This document shows positions 1 to 9,370 of a stretch of DNA of 64,000 nt, in pieces. The DNA lies in IMG/VR virus record IMGVR_UViG_3300031251_000003, positions 1-64,000 of that record. One strand, written 5' to 3'. The DNA comes from a virus. Numbering within the stretch: position 1 is the stretch's first letter; every line of letters starts with the position of its first letter. A program made the translations under genes and the position numbers. Under the pieces are notes generated by a model that saw nothing but the letters and a program-made list of their open reading frames with translations, was not told the origin of the DNA and made no database searches.

Positions 1-1
1 C

Positions 2-325
2 TCCCCCTTCTTACCTCCTAAGGGTGAAGCTGAAGAGGACAAGTTCACGGCTCTAACTGAACGTATCGAACGACTTGAGATCGATCTCTCTAAAGCTGAA
101 GAGATTATCAATAAGTTGCTCGAAAATGAGTTCAGGGTAATTCAGGGTGGTGGAACAGGTAACCTAGACGATGATTATAACGAACGCTATTTAGCTTGGT
201 GCGAGAGAGAAGGATATAAACCAGGAAAAGGATTGGTTGTTCATCCTAAAGATCAAGAAGCGTATGATTATGAAGAGATTGTGTATGATTATGATGATAA
301 TATTACTTATGATCTATTATCATGA
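2..325 (+). CDS. hypothetical protein, 5'-truncated by window edge
   Basis: Frame is open from position 2 (SPFLPPKGEAEEDKFTALTERIERLE...) into the listed 116..325 ORF. Confidence 0.7.
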   Translation, partial: SPFLPPKGEAEEDKFTALTERIERLEIDLSKAEEIINKLLENEFRVIQGGGTGNLDDDYNERYLAWCEREGYKPGKGLVVHPKDQEAYDYEEIVYDYDDNITYDLLS

Positions 326-549
326 TCGAGCGCGGTAGAGCTAGTAAAGGGCGTCGTAAGAACGAACAAAGTCACCCCGCATGGGCTGGCGACGATGATA
401 TTTGGGAGTATCTAGAATTTCTCGAAGACACCATTATTGCCCAGGATGAACGTCTAGAGCGTCTTGAAGAAGATCTATATGCGGCTTTTGATAGGATAAA
501 CCGAAAACCTGTAACCTACGAGGATAAGGATGATCAACGAAGAAATTAG
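322..549 (+). CDS. hypothetical protein (coiled-coil-like)
   Basis: ATGA overlap with upstream stop; overlaps thyX start. Confidence 0.65.
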   Translation: MIERGRASKGRRKNEQSHPAWAGDDDIWEYLEFLEDTIIAQDERLERLEEDLYAAFDRINRKPVTYEDKDDQRRN

Positions 550-1210
550 AGTATTAGACCATGGTTTTATACGGTTAGATGGATTGATGGCCGATGATCT
601 CAGTGTAGTGAATTCGGCCCGTGTGTCGTTTGGTTCAAGGCATACAGAGATTGAAGAGGGTGACGAGAAACTTATTCAGTTTCTACTTCGGGAACGGCAC
701 GGAACCCCCGTAGAACACAATGCGTTCAGGTTCCACGTCAAGGCTCCTATCTTCGTGTTTCGTGAATGGCAGCGCCATAGGATTTCGAGCTACAACGAAC
801 TGAGCGGTCGTTACAAGGTCTTCGAGAACCCGGATTTCTATATTCCCAAGGAGTTCCGTACTCAAGTGGGTAAGCCGGGTCAGTATACGTTCGAGAAGTG
901 GCAGGGGAATACGCAGATGGCTCAGACTGTCTTTCTACGTCATTGTCAGGACGCCTACGACCTTTATAAGTGGGCAGTGGATTCAGGGATGGCCAAAGAA
1001 CAGGCACGTCTTGTACTGCCTCTGAACCTCTACAGTGAGATGTATTGGACAACGAACTTGCGATCAATCATGAACTTCCTGAGTCTTCGTAACGATAAGA
1101 ATGCTCAGTGGGAGATTCGTGAATATGCTAGAATAGTTGAAGAGATCGTAACCGAGCATATGCCTCTAACAATGGAGGCATTCCAGTTAGGAGGTAGAGT
1201 TGCTCCGTAA
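530..1210 (+). CDS. thyX: FAD-dependent thymidylate synthase ThyX
   Basis: VNSARVS, HGTPVEH, REWQRHR..SYNELSGRY, EQARLVLP, LRNDKNAQWEIR motifs; SD GAGG upstream. Confidence 0.97.
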   Translation: MINEEIRVLDHGFIRLDGLMADDLSVVNSARVSFGSRHTEIEEGDEKLIQFLLRERHGTPVEHNAFRFHVKAPIFVFREWQRHRISSYNELSGRYKVFENPDFYIPKEFRTQVGKPGQYTFEKWQGNTQMAQTVFLRHCQDAYDLYKWAVDSGMAKEQARLVLPLNLYSEMYWTTNLRSIMNFLSLRNDKNAQWEIREYARIVEEIVTEHMPLTMEAFQLGGRVAP

Positions 1211-1472
1211 ACCTCCTGTAGGGATCCGTCTTGCTGAAGATGAACTAGTGTATTTCGACGCCCCTACTAACTTTTCAAGTACACAGAGAAACAATAGTTA
1301 TGTTTCGGGATATCGGGATGGTAAAGGTAATATCGTAAAGGATCCAGAAGGTTATATTCGAAACGGGTGGAGTATTTATGATTATCTTTTGGGTTTTGAA
1401 GATGGTCAGGGAGATCGACTCAATATTAGACCAGATCCACCCCGAATCACTGGTAATAAAAGAAGTATATAG
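1200..1472 (+). CDS. small YxxGYxDG-repeat (RMF-like) family protein
   Basis: YVSGYRDGKG...YLLGFEDGQGDR; GGAGG upstream. Confidence 0.7.
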   Translation: MLRKPPVGIRLAEDELVYFDAPTNFSSTQRNNSYVSGYRDGKGNIVKDPEGYIRNGWSIYDYLLGFEDGQGDRLNIRPDPPRITGNKRSI

Positions 1473-1486
1473 ATGGGAGGTAAAAA

Positions 1487-1582
1487 TTGATTCTTAGACT
1501 TTTAGTATTGTGGTATAGGCTTAACTATTGGTGGTTACGCCAACGCCAACAGGCAAAATTTAACTGGACGCAACGTGGGTAA
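1487..1582 (+). CDS. Trp/Arg-rich micro-ORF (31 aa)
   Basis: TTG start after GGAGGT; MILRLLVLWYRLNYWWLRQRQQAKFNWTQRG; overlaps tdk start. Confidence 0.5.
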   Translation: MILRLLVLWYRLNYWWLRQRQQAKFNWTQRG

Positions 1583-2144
1583 GTTAACTGTTATCTGTGG
1601 CCCTATGTATTCGGGTAAGTCAGAAGAGCTTATGCGTCTGTTACGTCGATCCGAAATTGGTGGTAAATCCACCATTTTGTTACGTCCAGACTTCGATGAT
1701 CGATATGACAAGGAGAAACTTGTCTCTCATGCTGGTGCTGTCTATCGTTCTTTCTCGGTTGCGCCGATAGCTCCCAAGATCTGGGCCAATGGTCAGTTCT
1801 TTGATGTTGTGGGGATCGATGAAGTTCAATTCTTCAATAGAACAGATGATGGTACGACTGTCGAAGAGGTAATAGGTTGGCTCGTTGATAGAGGAAAGGA
1901 TGTAATTGTTTCTGGATTAGATATGACCTATCGCCGTGAACCATTCGGTTGTGTCCCTAATCTTATGGCTATGGCCGATACGGTGATCAAGCTCGATGCT
2001 GTATGCCATAAGTGTGGTGGAACTGCTACACTAACTCAGAGGCTCATCGATGACCAACCTGCACCGTTCACCGGGCCAACTGTGCAGGTTGGCGGTTTAG
2101 ATACCTACGAGGCTCGTTGTAAAGAGTGTTGGGAGAAAGGATGA
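1575..2144 (+). CDS. tdk: thymidine kinase
   Basis: GPMYSGKSEEL P-loop, GIDEVQFF, SGLDMTYRREPFG, C-terminal CHKC...YEARCKEC zinc site. Confidence 0.97.
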   Translation: MGKLTVICGPMYSGKSEELMRLLRRSEIGGKSTILLRPDFDDRYDKEKLVSHAGAVYRSFSVAPIAPKIWANGQFFDVVGIDEVQFFNRTDDGTTVEEVIGWLVDRGKDVIVSGLDMTYRREPFGCVPNLMAMADTVIKLDAVCHKCGGTATLTQRLIDDQPAPFTGPTVQVGGLDTYEARCKECWEKG

Positions 2145-2380
2145 AATCAGAGAGTCTAAGAGTAAAAGTAGTTAGCAATCCAGCTATTGAAAAACGGCTA
2201 GATTGGATTACCAATATAATGCTTAATCTAGATGGTGATGATCTTGATTACTTCATCGGTTATTGGGATGGATTCGCCGGAAAGAGTAAAGATACCGATT
2301 GGAACAACATGGCCCCATATGAAATGGGTTATTTAGATGGGAAGGGAGATCGTGAAAACTACAAAGGTTTGGTTCCCTAG
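2141..2380 (+). CDS. small YxxGYxDG-repeat (RMF-like) family protein
   Basis: YFIGYWDGFAG...YEMGYLDGKGDRE; ATG 2141 overlaps tdk stop. Confidence 0.7.
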   Translation: MKSESLRVKVVSNPAIEKRLDWITNIMLNLDGDDLDYFIGYWDGFAGKSKDTDWNNMAPYEMGYLDGKGDRENYKGLVP

Positions 2381-2384
2381 CCCT

Positions 2385-2393
2385 TAATAGATG
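2385..2393 (+). promoter_or_regulatory. candidate phage late-promoter motif TAATAGATG
   Basis: Intergenic; ATG 2 nt downstream; same 9-mer at 41070(-), 46622 and 61836. Confidence 0.5.
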
Positions 2394-2395
2394 AA

Positions 2396-2587
2396 ATGAC
2401 GACACGGTTGCCATATCCATTGTGTAATATCAACCCCGCAACGGAGAAGCCATACCGCACCCATAAGTGGGTAGTATCGCCAGGAACAGACTATGTGGTT
2501 AAGAAATCTCCAACTGGCCCAATCACCTATTACCGCATTCGATGTTCTAGATGCGGAGTTAACGATCCTAATCCACCCCTACACTAA
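2396..2587 (+). CDS. hypothetical protein with C/H zinc-ribbon-like residues
   Basis: C..HKW...CSRCG. Confidence 0.6.
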   Translation: MTTRLPYPLCNINPATEKPYRTHKWVVSPGTDYVVKKSPTGPITYYRIRCSRCGVNDPNPPLH

Positions 2588-2766
2588 TGCCAGCAGCAGA
2601 AGCACCAGAATGTAATTGTTGTATTGAGAAGCGGCTCAAGGGTGGCCTAGAACCTCTACAGATGATGACCTTGCCGGACAAAACTACTAAGCGCGACTTA
2701 GAGGTTTTTGTTTGTCCTGCCTGTGATGCTCCCGTTTTGGAACTGTTAAACAGGAGGCAAGGTTAA
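2587..2766 (+). CDS. small zinc-finger protein (59 aa, below ORF-track cutoff)
   Basis: MPAAEAPECNCC...VCPACD; TAATG coupling at both ends. Confidence 0.65.
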   Translation: MPAAEAPECNCCIEKRLKGGLEPLQMMTLPDKTTKRDLEVFVCPACDAPVLELLNRRQG

Positions 2767-3107
2767 TGAGTAGAAGTACCGGTACTTTCCCGAGTTACAC
2801 CAGGATAGATCTAGATCCTGAACACTGGCCCGCCGACTATTGGGGATCGAGCCTAGTCTGTCAAGCTTGTGAGACTCGTTGGCCCTCACACGATCTATTT
2901 AAGAGATCTCCGTGTTGCGATATCGGAACACAGTTAGACGAGAACAATGCTCCTGATATGAGATGGCCTGATGCAATCAAGGCTCATTTGACTAGATCGT
3001 TTGAACAGTTCTACGAACAATACAACGAGGGGACTACAGACCAAGAGCTTTCTGTTTCAGACTTTGACTTTGAGATAACAGAGATCAAGGAGCCAGTAGC
3101 GCACTAA
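2766..3107 (+). CDS. hypothetical protein (CxxC...PCC)
   Basis: Coupled start; AGGAGG upstream. Confidence 0.7.
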   Translation: MSRSTGTFPSYTRIDLDPEHWPADYWGSSLVCQACETRWPSHDLFKRSPCCDIGTQLDENNAPDMRWPDAIKAHLTRSFEQFYEQYNEGTTDQELSVSDFDFEITEIKEPVAH

Positions 3108-3163
3108 ACTCTCAATTTCCTATCTCCTAAATAGATGAGAAGATCTTTTCAAGGAGGTAAGAA

Positions 3164-4087
3164 ATGCCAGAGTCCATCGGCCCACATTTGCTTGGTAGAA
3201 TACCAAGCCCACCTGACGAGCGCGATTTCCGCGCTGAACATTTCGTAGGATTAGGTCAAGAGCAAACGGGTATAGATCCTGTTGCACTGGCCAAAACTGC
3301 AATGTCAGAGCTAGCTCTGACAAATTCTGTTTCTTATTCCAGATGGGCATCGACTAAGTATAAGGATGTAACATCAACGCACTGGTGGAAGGCTCTTGCG
3401 GCTCTTTCGCAGATTGCTTATCCTGCACCAAATCCTACCCCCACTCCTAGTCCTACGCCAAACCCTAGTCCAGCCCCCAGCGGCACGGATGTAGTTTGGT
3501 CAGATAAGGGCCAATTGGATCAGGGGCAATTCGGTACCTGTACCGGAAATGGCTGGGCACAATGGGGTAATACAGATCCTATTAATGATACCTTCACTGA
3601 AGGAATAGGGCAGCCCGCCACTAAGGGTGGCCCTTATGCTAGAGCAATCTATTATGAAGCTACAGTAATCGATGGTAAGCCGGATGATCCTGACGCGCCT
3701 GGTGGGGGACAGCAGGGCGCTACAGTGAGATCAGCAGCAAAGGCTATGCAGGCTCGTAATCGTCTCAGTTCTTATGCTAAGGCATCGGATATTGCCACCA
3801 TCAAGCAGTGGTTGCAGACCAAGGGGAGTGTTGTAGTCGGTACTAACTGGACAAAGGATATGTTCACCCCAGATAGCAAGGGGTATATTGCTCCCACAGG
3901 AGCAGTCGAAGGTGGACATTGTTACCTTTTGCTTGGAGATCTAGAGTCAGAAGGTGCATTCTATTTCCAGAATTCGTGGGGTAATGGATGGGGTTTGAAT
4001 GGCTACTTCAAGATGAAGTATGCAGATTTCGAGTCTCTTTTAAACAATGGTGGAGAGGCTTGGGTAGCGGTCGAGCTACCTATCTAA
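3164..4087 (+). CDS. papain-family (C1A-like) cysteine peptidase with Pro/Thr linker
   Basis: DQGQFGTCTG (Gln/Cys), GGHC (His), QNSWGNGWGLNGYF (Asn); AAGGAGGT SD. Confidence 0.9.
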   Translation: MPESIGPHLLGRIPSPPDERDFRAEHFVGLGQEQTGIDPVALAKTAMSELALTNSVSYSRWASTKYKDVTSTHWWKALAALSQIAYPAPNPTPTPSPTPNPSPAPSGTDVVWSDKGQLDQGQFGTCTGNGWAQWGNTDPINDTFTEGIGQPATKGGPYARAIYYEATVIDGKPDDPDAPGGGQQGATVRSAAKAMQARNRLSSYAKASDIATIKQWLQTKGSVVVGTNWTKDMFTPDSKGYIAPTGAVEGGHCYLLLGDLESEGAFYFQNSWGNGWGLNGYFKMKYADFESLLNNGGEAWVAVELPI

Positions 4088-4104
4088 TTTCAAAAGGTGA
4101 ATAA

Positions 4105-4557
4105 ATGACAAACGGCAGTGAAGGATTAAGACGTGGAAGTCCAGTTAGTTTCTGGGGAACGATGTCGGGTGCAAACCCGCCAGTTCCTGTGGTAGAAGCA
4201 GTAGTGGCAGGAGCGGCATCTAGAGCAGTTCAGACAGGAAGAGGAACCAATATGTTCAGCTTCTTTATTAACTCAAGTGGTGCATCGACGTTCCAGTTGC
4301 AGGCGGCTCATGTGGGTCAGTTTACCACGCAGGGAGTTCTACCAGATCCAGACGATCAGACCTTTGCTTGGTATGATCTTTGGTATCTTGGTAATAGCGG
4401 TCTAGGTAACTCTACTCCCATTACTTTGACATTTACAGTCGCTGGAACTTTCGCCAGCATTGTACCTGATTTTGAAGTTGATTGGGTCAGACTAAAGAGA
4501 ACTGATGGTGGAACTTCCGTAAACGTCATTGCAGGCTTTGAAGCTTGGGGCGACTAA
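4105..4557 (+). CDS. putative virion structural protein (beta-rich)
   Basis: Composition and position at the start of the fibre module. Confidence 0.55.
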   Translation: MTNGSEGLRRGSPVSFWGTMSGANPPVPVVEAVVAGAASRAVQTGRGTNMFSFFINSSGASTFQLQAAHVGQFTTQGVLPDPDDQTFAWYDLWYLGNSGLGNSTPITLTFTVAGTFASIVPDFEVDWVRLKRTDGGTSVNVIAGFEAWGD

Positions 4558-4572
4558 TTTAGGGTGGTCTAA

Positions 4573-5340
4573 ATGGCAAGTACTTATCCCACCACATTAG
4601 ATTCTCTAAGCACGGCTCACGTCGATAATGTATCAGAAGTCGTTCACGCCGCAAGCGTGAACGACTTAGCTGATGCTGTGAATAAGATTGAAGCAGAATT
4701 GGGCACACTACCTAAAGGTAACTTTGCGACAGTCAAAGCTAAGTTACTTCAGCTTTATTATGGAAATGTAACTACTACTCAACGAAACGCTATTGCTTCA
4801 GGTCAGGCACCTAACGGCGTCTTGGTCTTCAATACAGATACGAATCAGTTTGAGTGGAACCAAGGTAACGATGGTGCTCGCAACTGGTTAGCTCTCGTGC
4901 CCACGATTGACCTAAGCCCCTATGCTCCATTGGCATCCCCGGCATTAACGGGTAACCCGACCGCTTCTACTCAGACGGCCGGTAACTCGACCACACGATT
5001 AGCTACAACAGCATTTGTGCAGGGAGAGAAGGTCACGGTCATCAATAACCAGACGGCTTCTTACACCGCTGTCCTCGGTGATGCGTTCAAGCTTGTTGAA
5101 ATGAACGTGGCGAGTGCGAATAACTTCACCGTACCACCTAATTCCAGTGTAGCTTTCGCTATAGGTACTAGTGTTTCTATTGGCCAGCTTGGAGCCGGTC
5201 AAACAACTATCGTAGCTGGTGGTGGAGTTACACTCAGATCCTACAACTCAAACCTAAAGCTAGCAGGCCAGTATGCCGTTGCTTCTATCATGAAGAGAGC
5301 AACGGATGAATGGTGGGTTGCTGGAAACCTTGTTCCATAA
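4573..5340 (+). CDS. tail fibre / minor tail protein
   Basis: YAPLASPALTGNPTA...LATTAFVQ tail-fibre repeat and common C-terminal phage fibre domain (NNQTASYT...WWVAGNL). Confidence 0.8.
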   Translation: MASTYPTTLDSLSTAHVDNVSEVVHAASVNDLADAVNKIEAELGTLPKGNFATVKAKLLQLYYGNVTTTQRNAIASGQAPNGVLVFNTDTNQFEWNQGNDGARNWLALVPTIDLSPYAPLASPALTGNPTASTQTAGNSTTRLATTAFVQGEKVTVINNQTASYTAVLGDAFKLVEMNVASANNFTVPPNSSVAFAIGTSVSIGQLGAGQTTIVAGGGVTLRSYNSNLKLAGQYAVASIMKRATDEWWVAGNLVP

Positions 5341-6110
5341 TGTTACCTATTGGATTCTTCGCCACAACTGATCACATTCCTCCTTCGGGATCTCTCACTC
5401 CTACAGGGACTGCTTCGGCTACGATTACAATGGTCGCTACGGTGACGGATAACGACAAGGTAGCAGGAGTCCAGTTCAAGATTGATGGATCAAACTTTGG
5501 TGCAGAGGTAACTTCTTTCCCATTTCAGAGTTCTAGCTATGACACACACCTTCTCACGAATGCATCACACACATTTGCGGCTGTTGTCCGGGATCGTGTA
5601 GGAAATACTGTGACTCTAAGTAACTCTGTCACAATAGCTAACACTACTCCCGCCGCAGGAGATCTAACTTTTGATGAATATTTAGTCTCTGACGGTGGCG
5701 GTGGGTATGTTGGTGGCCGAACGATTGGCCCAGCCTTTAGTGATAGGTATACTAATGATTTCATTTGGGCATCTCACGGTGACAAGAATCCTAGAAACCT
5801 GCCCACTAATCCAGATCCAACACATTATCAAATGTCAGTTCAAATGGGCGTAAATTCTTCTGGTCGTATTGAAGGTGGTACAGCGGGGAATGTAATCCAC
5901 GTCATGATGACCGTAGATGGTACAGAGTACGACTCCTGGGCTAACGGCAGCGTGTTCACTCCGTCTCTCGACGGCCCTGTAGTGAACGTTGCTGGTGGGA
6001 ATGCTATTGATTTTTACAAATGGGAAACTATCCCTGGAACAAATACGAGCTTTACAGCGGGAGTTATCGCTCACTATACATTCTCAATCAAAGCGGGATA
6101 TCTTTCGTAG
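5340..6110 (+). CDS. Ig-like (Big) domain virion protein
   Basis: ATVTDNDKVAGVQFKIDG...HTFAAVVRDRVGN Ig-like pattern; start moved to coupled ATG 5340. Confidence 0.75.
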   Translation: MLPIGFFATTDHIPPSGSLTPTGTASATITMVATVTDNDKVAGVQFKIDGSNFGAEVTSFPFQSSSYDTHLLTNASHTFAAVVRDRVGNTVTLSNSVTIANTTPAAGDLTFDEYLVSDGGGGYVGGRTIGPAFSDRYTNDFIWASHGDKNPRNLPTNPDPTHYQMSVQMGVNSSGRIEGGTAGNVIHVMMTVDGTEYDSWANGSVFTPSLDGPVVNVAGGNAIDFYKWETIPGTNTSFTAGVIAHYTFSIKAGYLS

Positions 6111-6118
6111 GAGAAATT

Positions 6119-6682
6119 ATGTGGACTCTAACAGCACAACTCGTTTCTGGTACTTACGTGGTTCAGGCCACCGATCAAATTTGGTGGACTTCTGGCGTCG
6201 ATAATTCGGCTCAGAACTACGTTGTGGTTAACAGTTACCAGGATAAGACCTTGGTGTATGATTCTGATGGTACGACACTCCAAACTGGATCACCTGTACA
6301 TAATACAAAATATCTATCATCTTCTACAGTGAGCCTAGACGGTGGAGGATCCGTAGCCCTTTCGACTTTAACTAATTCCAATGTAAGTTTCAAGTTCACA
6401 TTCGATACCAGTGACTTGGGTGGAGCGAGTGTTGCAACCTCTGGGGCGAAGTTCTACGCCTATGACGGTACAACAGACGTAAACCCCATGGCCGGGATCA
6501 ACTTCCAGGCTGCTATACCGGGTCAGTCTACTTGGGTAGCAGCAAACGGACTCAATGCTGCTTTGAATCTTGATCCTCAGAGCGCAGCCACGACTCATAA
6601 CTTCTATATAGCTACAAGCTCTAGCCCAACCAGTACAGGTGTGAAGTCAGGTAAGTTGAAGTTCTCATTAGCATATGTCTAA
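6119..6682 (+). CDS. putative structural protein
   Basis: AGGAG SD before ATG 6119; S/T/G-rich beta composition. Confidence 0.65.
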   Translation: MWTLTAQLVSGTYVVQATDQIWWTSGVDNSAQNYVVVNSYQDKTLVYDSDGTTLQTGSPVHNTKYLSSSTVSLDGGGSVALSTLTNSNVSFKFTFDTSDLGGASVATSGAKFYAYDGTTDVNPMAGINFQAAIPGQSTWVAANGLNAALNLDPQSAATTHNFYIATSSSPTSTGVKSGKLKFSLAYV

Positions 6683-7136
6683 GACAGTCGTTTGGGCCGC
6701 TACGTTGAGTAGCGGAGAAGAGGCAGTAGAAGAGATAGGGGAGTGGACGGTTCGACCAAATGAGAGATCTCCTTGGGTTAGATTGACTCAGTTTACTGCT
6801 CAAGAAGGATTGCATCTCGTTTCACTGAGAGTTAAGGTAGGGAATCGGATTGTTAATATGCCGTCCTTGAAGCCAGATAAGTTCCCTTATCTTAAGGATA
6901 TCAAACCTCTTTTCTATTCTCTGAATTACTATTTAGAGGTCGATGAGGTATTTGGTGCCAATAAAGAGAGCCATTACGTAGATCTGGTATCTCATTACCA
7001 GGACTTTGTTGTACATTTTATCCAGAATACCAACACTGAGGAAGAAGGCTGGATAGTCATAACGGATACGGCAGAGCCACCGTTGGCACCTTCACCCCTC
7101 AACCCTCAAAAAAATGGGCAAACAATACCCGAATAG
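6675..7136 (+). CDS. hypothetical protein
   Basis: Overlapping start in the operon. Confidence 0.65.
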   Translation: MSKTVVWAATLSSGEEAVEEIGEWTVRPNERSPWVRLTQFTAQEGLHLVSLRVKVGNRIVNMPSLKPDKFPYLKDIKPLFYSLNYYLEVDEVFGANKESHYVDLVSHYQDFVVHFIQNTNTEEEGWIVITDTAEPPLAPSPLNPQKNGQTIPE

Positions 7137-7193
7137 ATGAGGATAATTATCTACCCTTCCTGCCCAGGAAGAAAGAGAGAGTGAAAATAAATA

Positions 7194-7595
7194 ATGGCAA
7201 ATCAAGAACAGAGTTTTTATAGAGGCCGTTTGGCTAGTGATGGAGACGGGAATCTTCTGGCAGATGAAGGTGAGTACCAGGGTTATCCTGTAGCCTACCA
7301 TGAAGGTAATTTTGTCTTCGTACAACCAGGCGAGCTTTCTCACAATCAGCGCCACCACAAGAATTACGTACAGCCGAACCCGACAGTAGATACAAGTATG
7401 ACTGACGATGCTTCGTTAGTTAACGCTGATGAAAGTACCAATGCACATCACTTCGGTATCCAGTCCGATGATCTGCATTATGAGGAAGGAGCAACAGATT
7501 CACAGGGACGGGTCACTAATACTCGTATTCAGAATATACCTGATGCAATTGCTCCACGAGCTACAGGGCACACTGATGCCTACGTAGGAGACTAA
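7194..7595 (+). CDS. hypothetical protein
   Basis: ORF in structural cluster. Confidence 0.65.
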   Translation: MANQEQSFYRGRLASDGDGNLLADEGEYQGYPVAYHEGNFVFVQPGELSHNQRHHKNYVQPNPTVDTSMTDDASLVNADESTNAHHFGIQSDDLHYEEGATDSQGRVTNTRIQNIPDAIAPRATGHTDAYVGD

Positions 7596-7596
7596 C

Positions 7597-8214
7597 ATGA
7601 ATAACGCTATGGCATTCAGCCCACGACTAATTGTTCCCAATAGCCCTATTGTACCTTGTCCGGCTATTGAAGAAATCTTTCCTGATTTTGTAGATCAGGG
7701 CGCAAAGAGACTCAAGGAGTATTTTGGTGCATTGATCAACCAGCCTCTCCGCGAGCGCATTGGTGTTTTGATGTCGGGTTCTTTAGCTAACTCGCTCAGT
7801 AAGGCTATCGCAGATCTTCCGTTTGGAGCTACTGCATTCGGTCTTACCAATACGACCCTTTACTTCGGTTTGTGGGCGGCAACACTGGATGATACTCTTG
7901 CCGGTAATACTGGTTCCGAGAGCGCTTATACCAGCTATGCTCGATTGGCTCTAACGAATAATACTACAATCTTTGCTACTGGTTCAGGTACCACCACGTA
8001 CACCAAGACATTCCCATCGGATGCAACAAAGTCTTGGGCAACGAGTACAGGTACAGGAACGAACAACACTATCACCTTCCTTGGTATCCTTAACGGAAAT
8101 GCAGGTACTTCAGCAGACAAGGGTTACGCTTGGTGTTCGGTTACTTCGACTACGATCAACAACGGTGATACTCCGCAGCTTGCACAGAACGCCGTTACAC
8201 TCGTTCAGGATTAG
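7597..8214 (+). CDS. phage fibre/minor tail subunit
   Basis: LYFGLW...ESAYTSYARLAL...FP...W...ITFLGI...TINNGDTPQL pattern typical of small phage fibre subunits. Confidence 0.7.
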   Translation: MNNAMAFSPRLIVPNSPIVPCPAIEEIFPDFVDQGAKRLKEYFGALINQPLRERIGVLMSGSLANSLSKAIADLPFGATAFGLTNTTLYFGLWAATLDDTLAGNTGSESAYTSYARLALTNNTTIFATGSGTTTYTKTFPSDATKSWATSTGTGTNNTITFLGILNGNAGTSADKGYAWCSVTSTTINNGDTPQLAQNAVTLVQD

Positions 8215-8216
8215 TC

Positions 8217-8468
8217 ATGGGTATCGAATCAGAATCCACTGCTACTTGCGATAATCCGTCTTGCACTAGAGGTGATGGTGGTGTCCCAGCACAAGATAAA
8301 GTTGCAGGGTCTTCTACCCCCGGAGGGTGGGTTCAGTTCTCCGGTGCTGCTACCGTGAATTCATCTTCAGTGTCATCAGTACAGACCTTTTGCTCAGTAA
8401 AGTGTACCACGTCGTTCTTCGAGAACGTCACCGCACATGTTCTTACTGAGATGGGTGCTAGGGAGTAA
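8217..8468 (+). CDS. small zinc-binding protein (CDxxxC...FCSxxC)
   Basis: TCDNPSC...GW...FCSVKC. Confidence 0.65.
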   Translation: MGIESESTATCDNPSCTRGDGGVPAQDKVAGSSTPGGWVQFSGAATVNSSSVSSVQTFCSVKCTTSFFENVTAHVLTEMGARE

Positions 8469-8473
8469 AATCG

Positions 8474-9370
8474 ATGACGCTTTTAGCGTCAGTACAATAT
8501 GATCCGTCAGTAGCGGTAACTAAGAACACTACCGCTGCATTGGCGATGACGGCGTTAGACACGACGAACCTTCGCCTTACTTTCACTGCTCCCGCTTCTG
8601 GAAACGTGTTGGCAAGGGTGAGGGGGACTGTCCACGGAGCCACTACATTCCCTCAGATCCTTCTTGGGGTTCTTGATGGTTCAACGGTGATGATGCGTCA
8701 AGTTCCGATGGGTTCTCTAAAGACAACTGCTCTTGCAACATCGCAGTTGACACAGGAAGCTCTTGGCGTCATTTCCGGGCTAACACCAGGCAACTCCTAT
8801 ACGTGGGATGCTGCGTACGGTGTCGAGACTTTGATTGCAGCGACAGGTATCAAGTACGGAGGGCCGAATAACACAACGACGAATGATGCCTTTGGCGCGT
8901 TTGATTTCGAGATCTGGGACGCACCAACACTTCTCGATAATGCAAGCTACGATCCGTCAGTGGCAGTATCAAAGTCAACAGCGTCGCTCCTTGCTATGAC
9001 AGCACTGGATACAACTAATCTTAGAGCGTCATTCACTGCTCCTGTATCAGGCAATGTTCTTGTTCGTCTTCGCTGTTCAATCGAAGGTGCAACAACGATG
9101 CCGGGTATCCTCTTGGGAGTATTGAATGGAGCTTCAGTTGTGTTCCGTCAATCCCCTATTGGAGGTATTCTAGGAACGGCTGTGGCAACCACTAGAATCT
9201 GTCACGAAGCATCAGGGATAATCACAGGTCTTAGCGGATCAATTAACCTCGATGCGGCATATGGAGTTGAGATCGTCCTCGCGTCTACGAACATCAAATA
9301 TGGTGGCCCGAACAATTCCACTGCCGACGATGCGTGGGGCGCGTTTACCTTTGAGGCATACGCGGTCTAA
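8474..9370 (+). CDS. structural protein made of two ~148-aa tandem repeats
   Basis: YDPSVAV...AMTALDTTNLR..FTAP.SGNVL.R...KYGGPNN...DA.GAF.FE occurs twice. Confidence 0.8.
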   Translation: MTLLASVQYDPSVAVTKNTTAALAMTALDTTNLRLTFTAPASGNVLARVRGTVHGATTFPQILLGVLDGSTVMMRQVPMGSLKTTALATSQLTQEALGVISGLTPGNSYTWDAAYGVETLIAATGIKYGGPNNTTTNDAFGAFDFEIWDAPTLLDNASYDPSVAVSKSTASLLAMTALDTTNLRASFTAPVSGNVLVRLRCSIEGATTMPGILLGVLNGASVVFRQSPIGGILGTAVATTRICHEASGIITGLSGSINLDAAYGVEIVLASTNIKYGGPNNSTADDAWGAFTFEAYAV

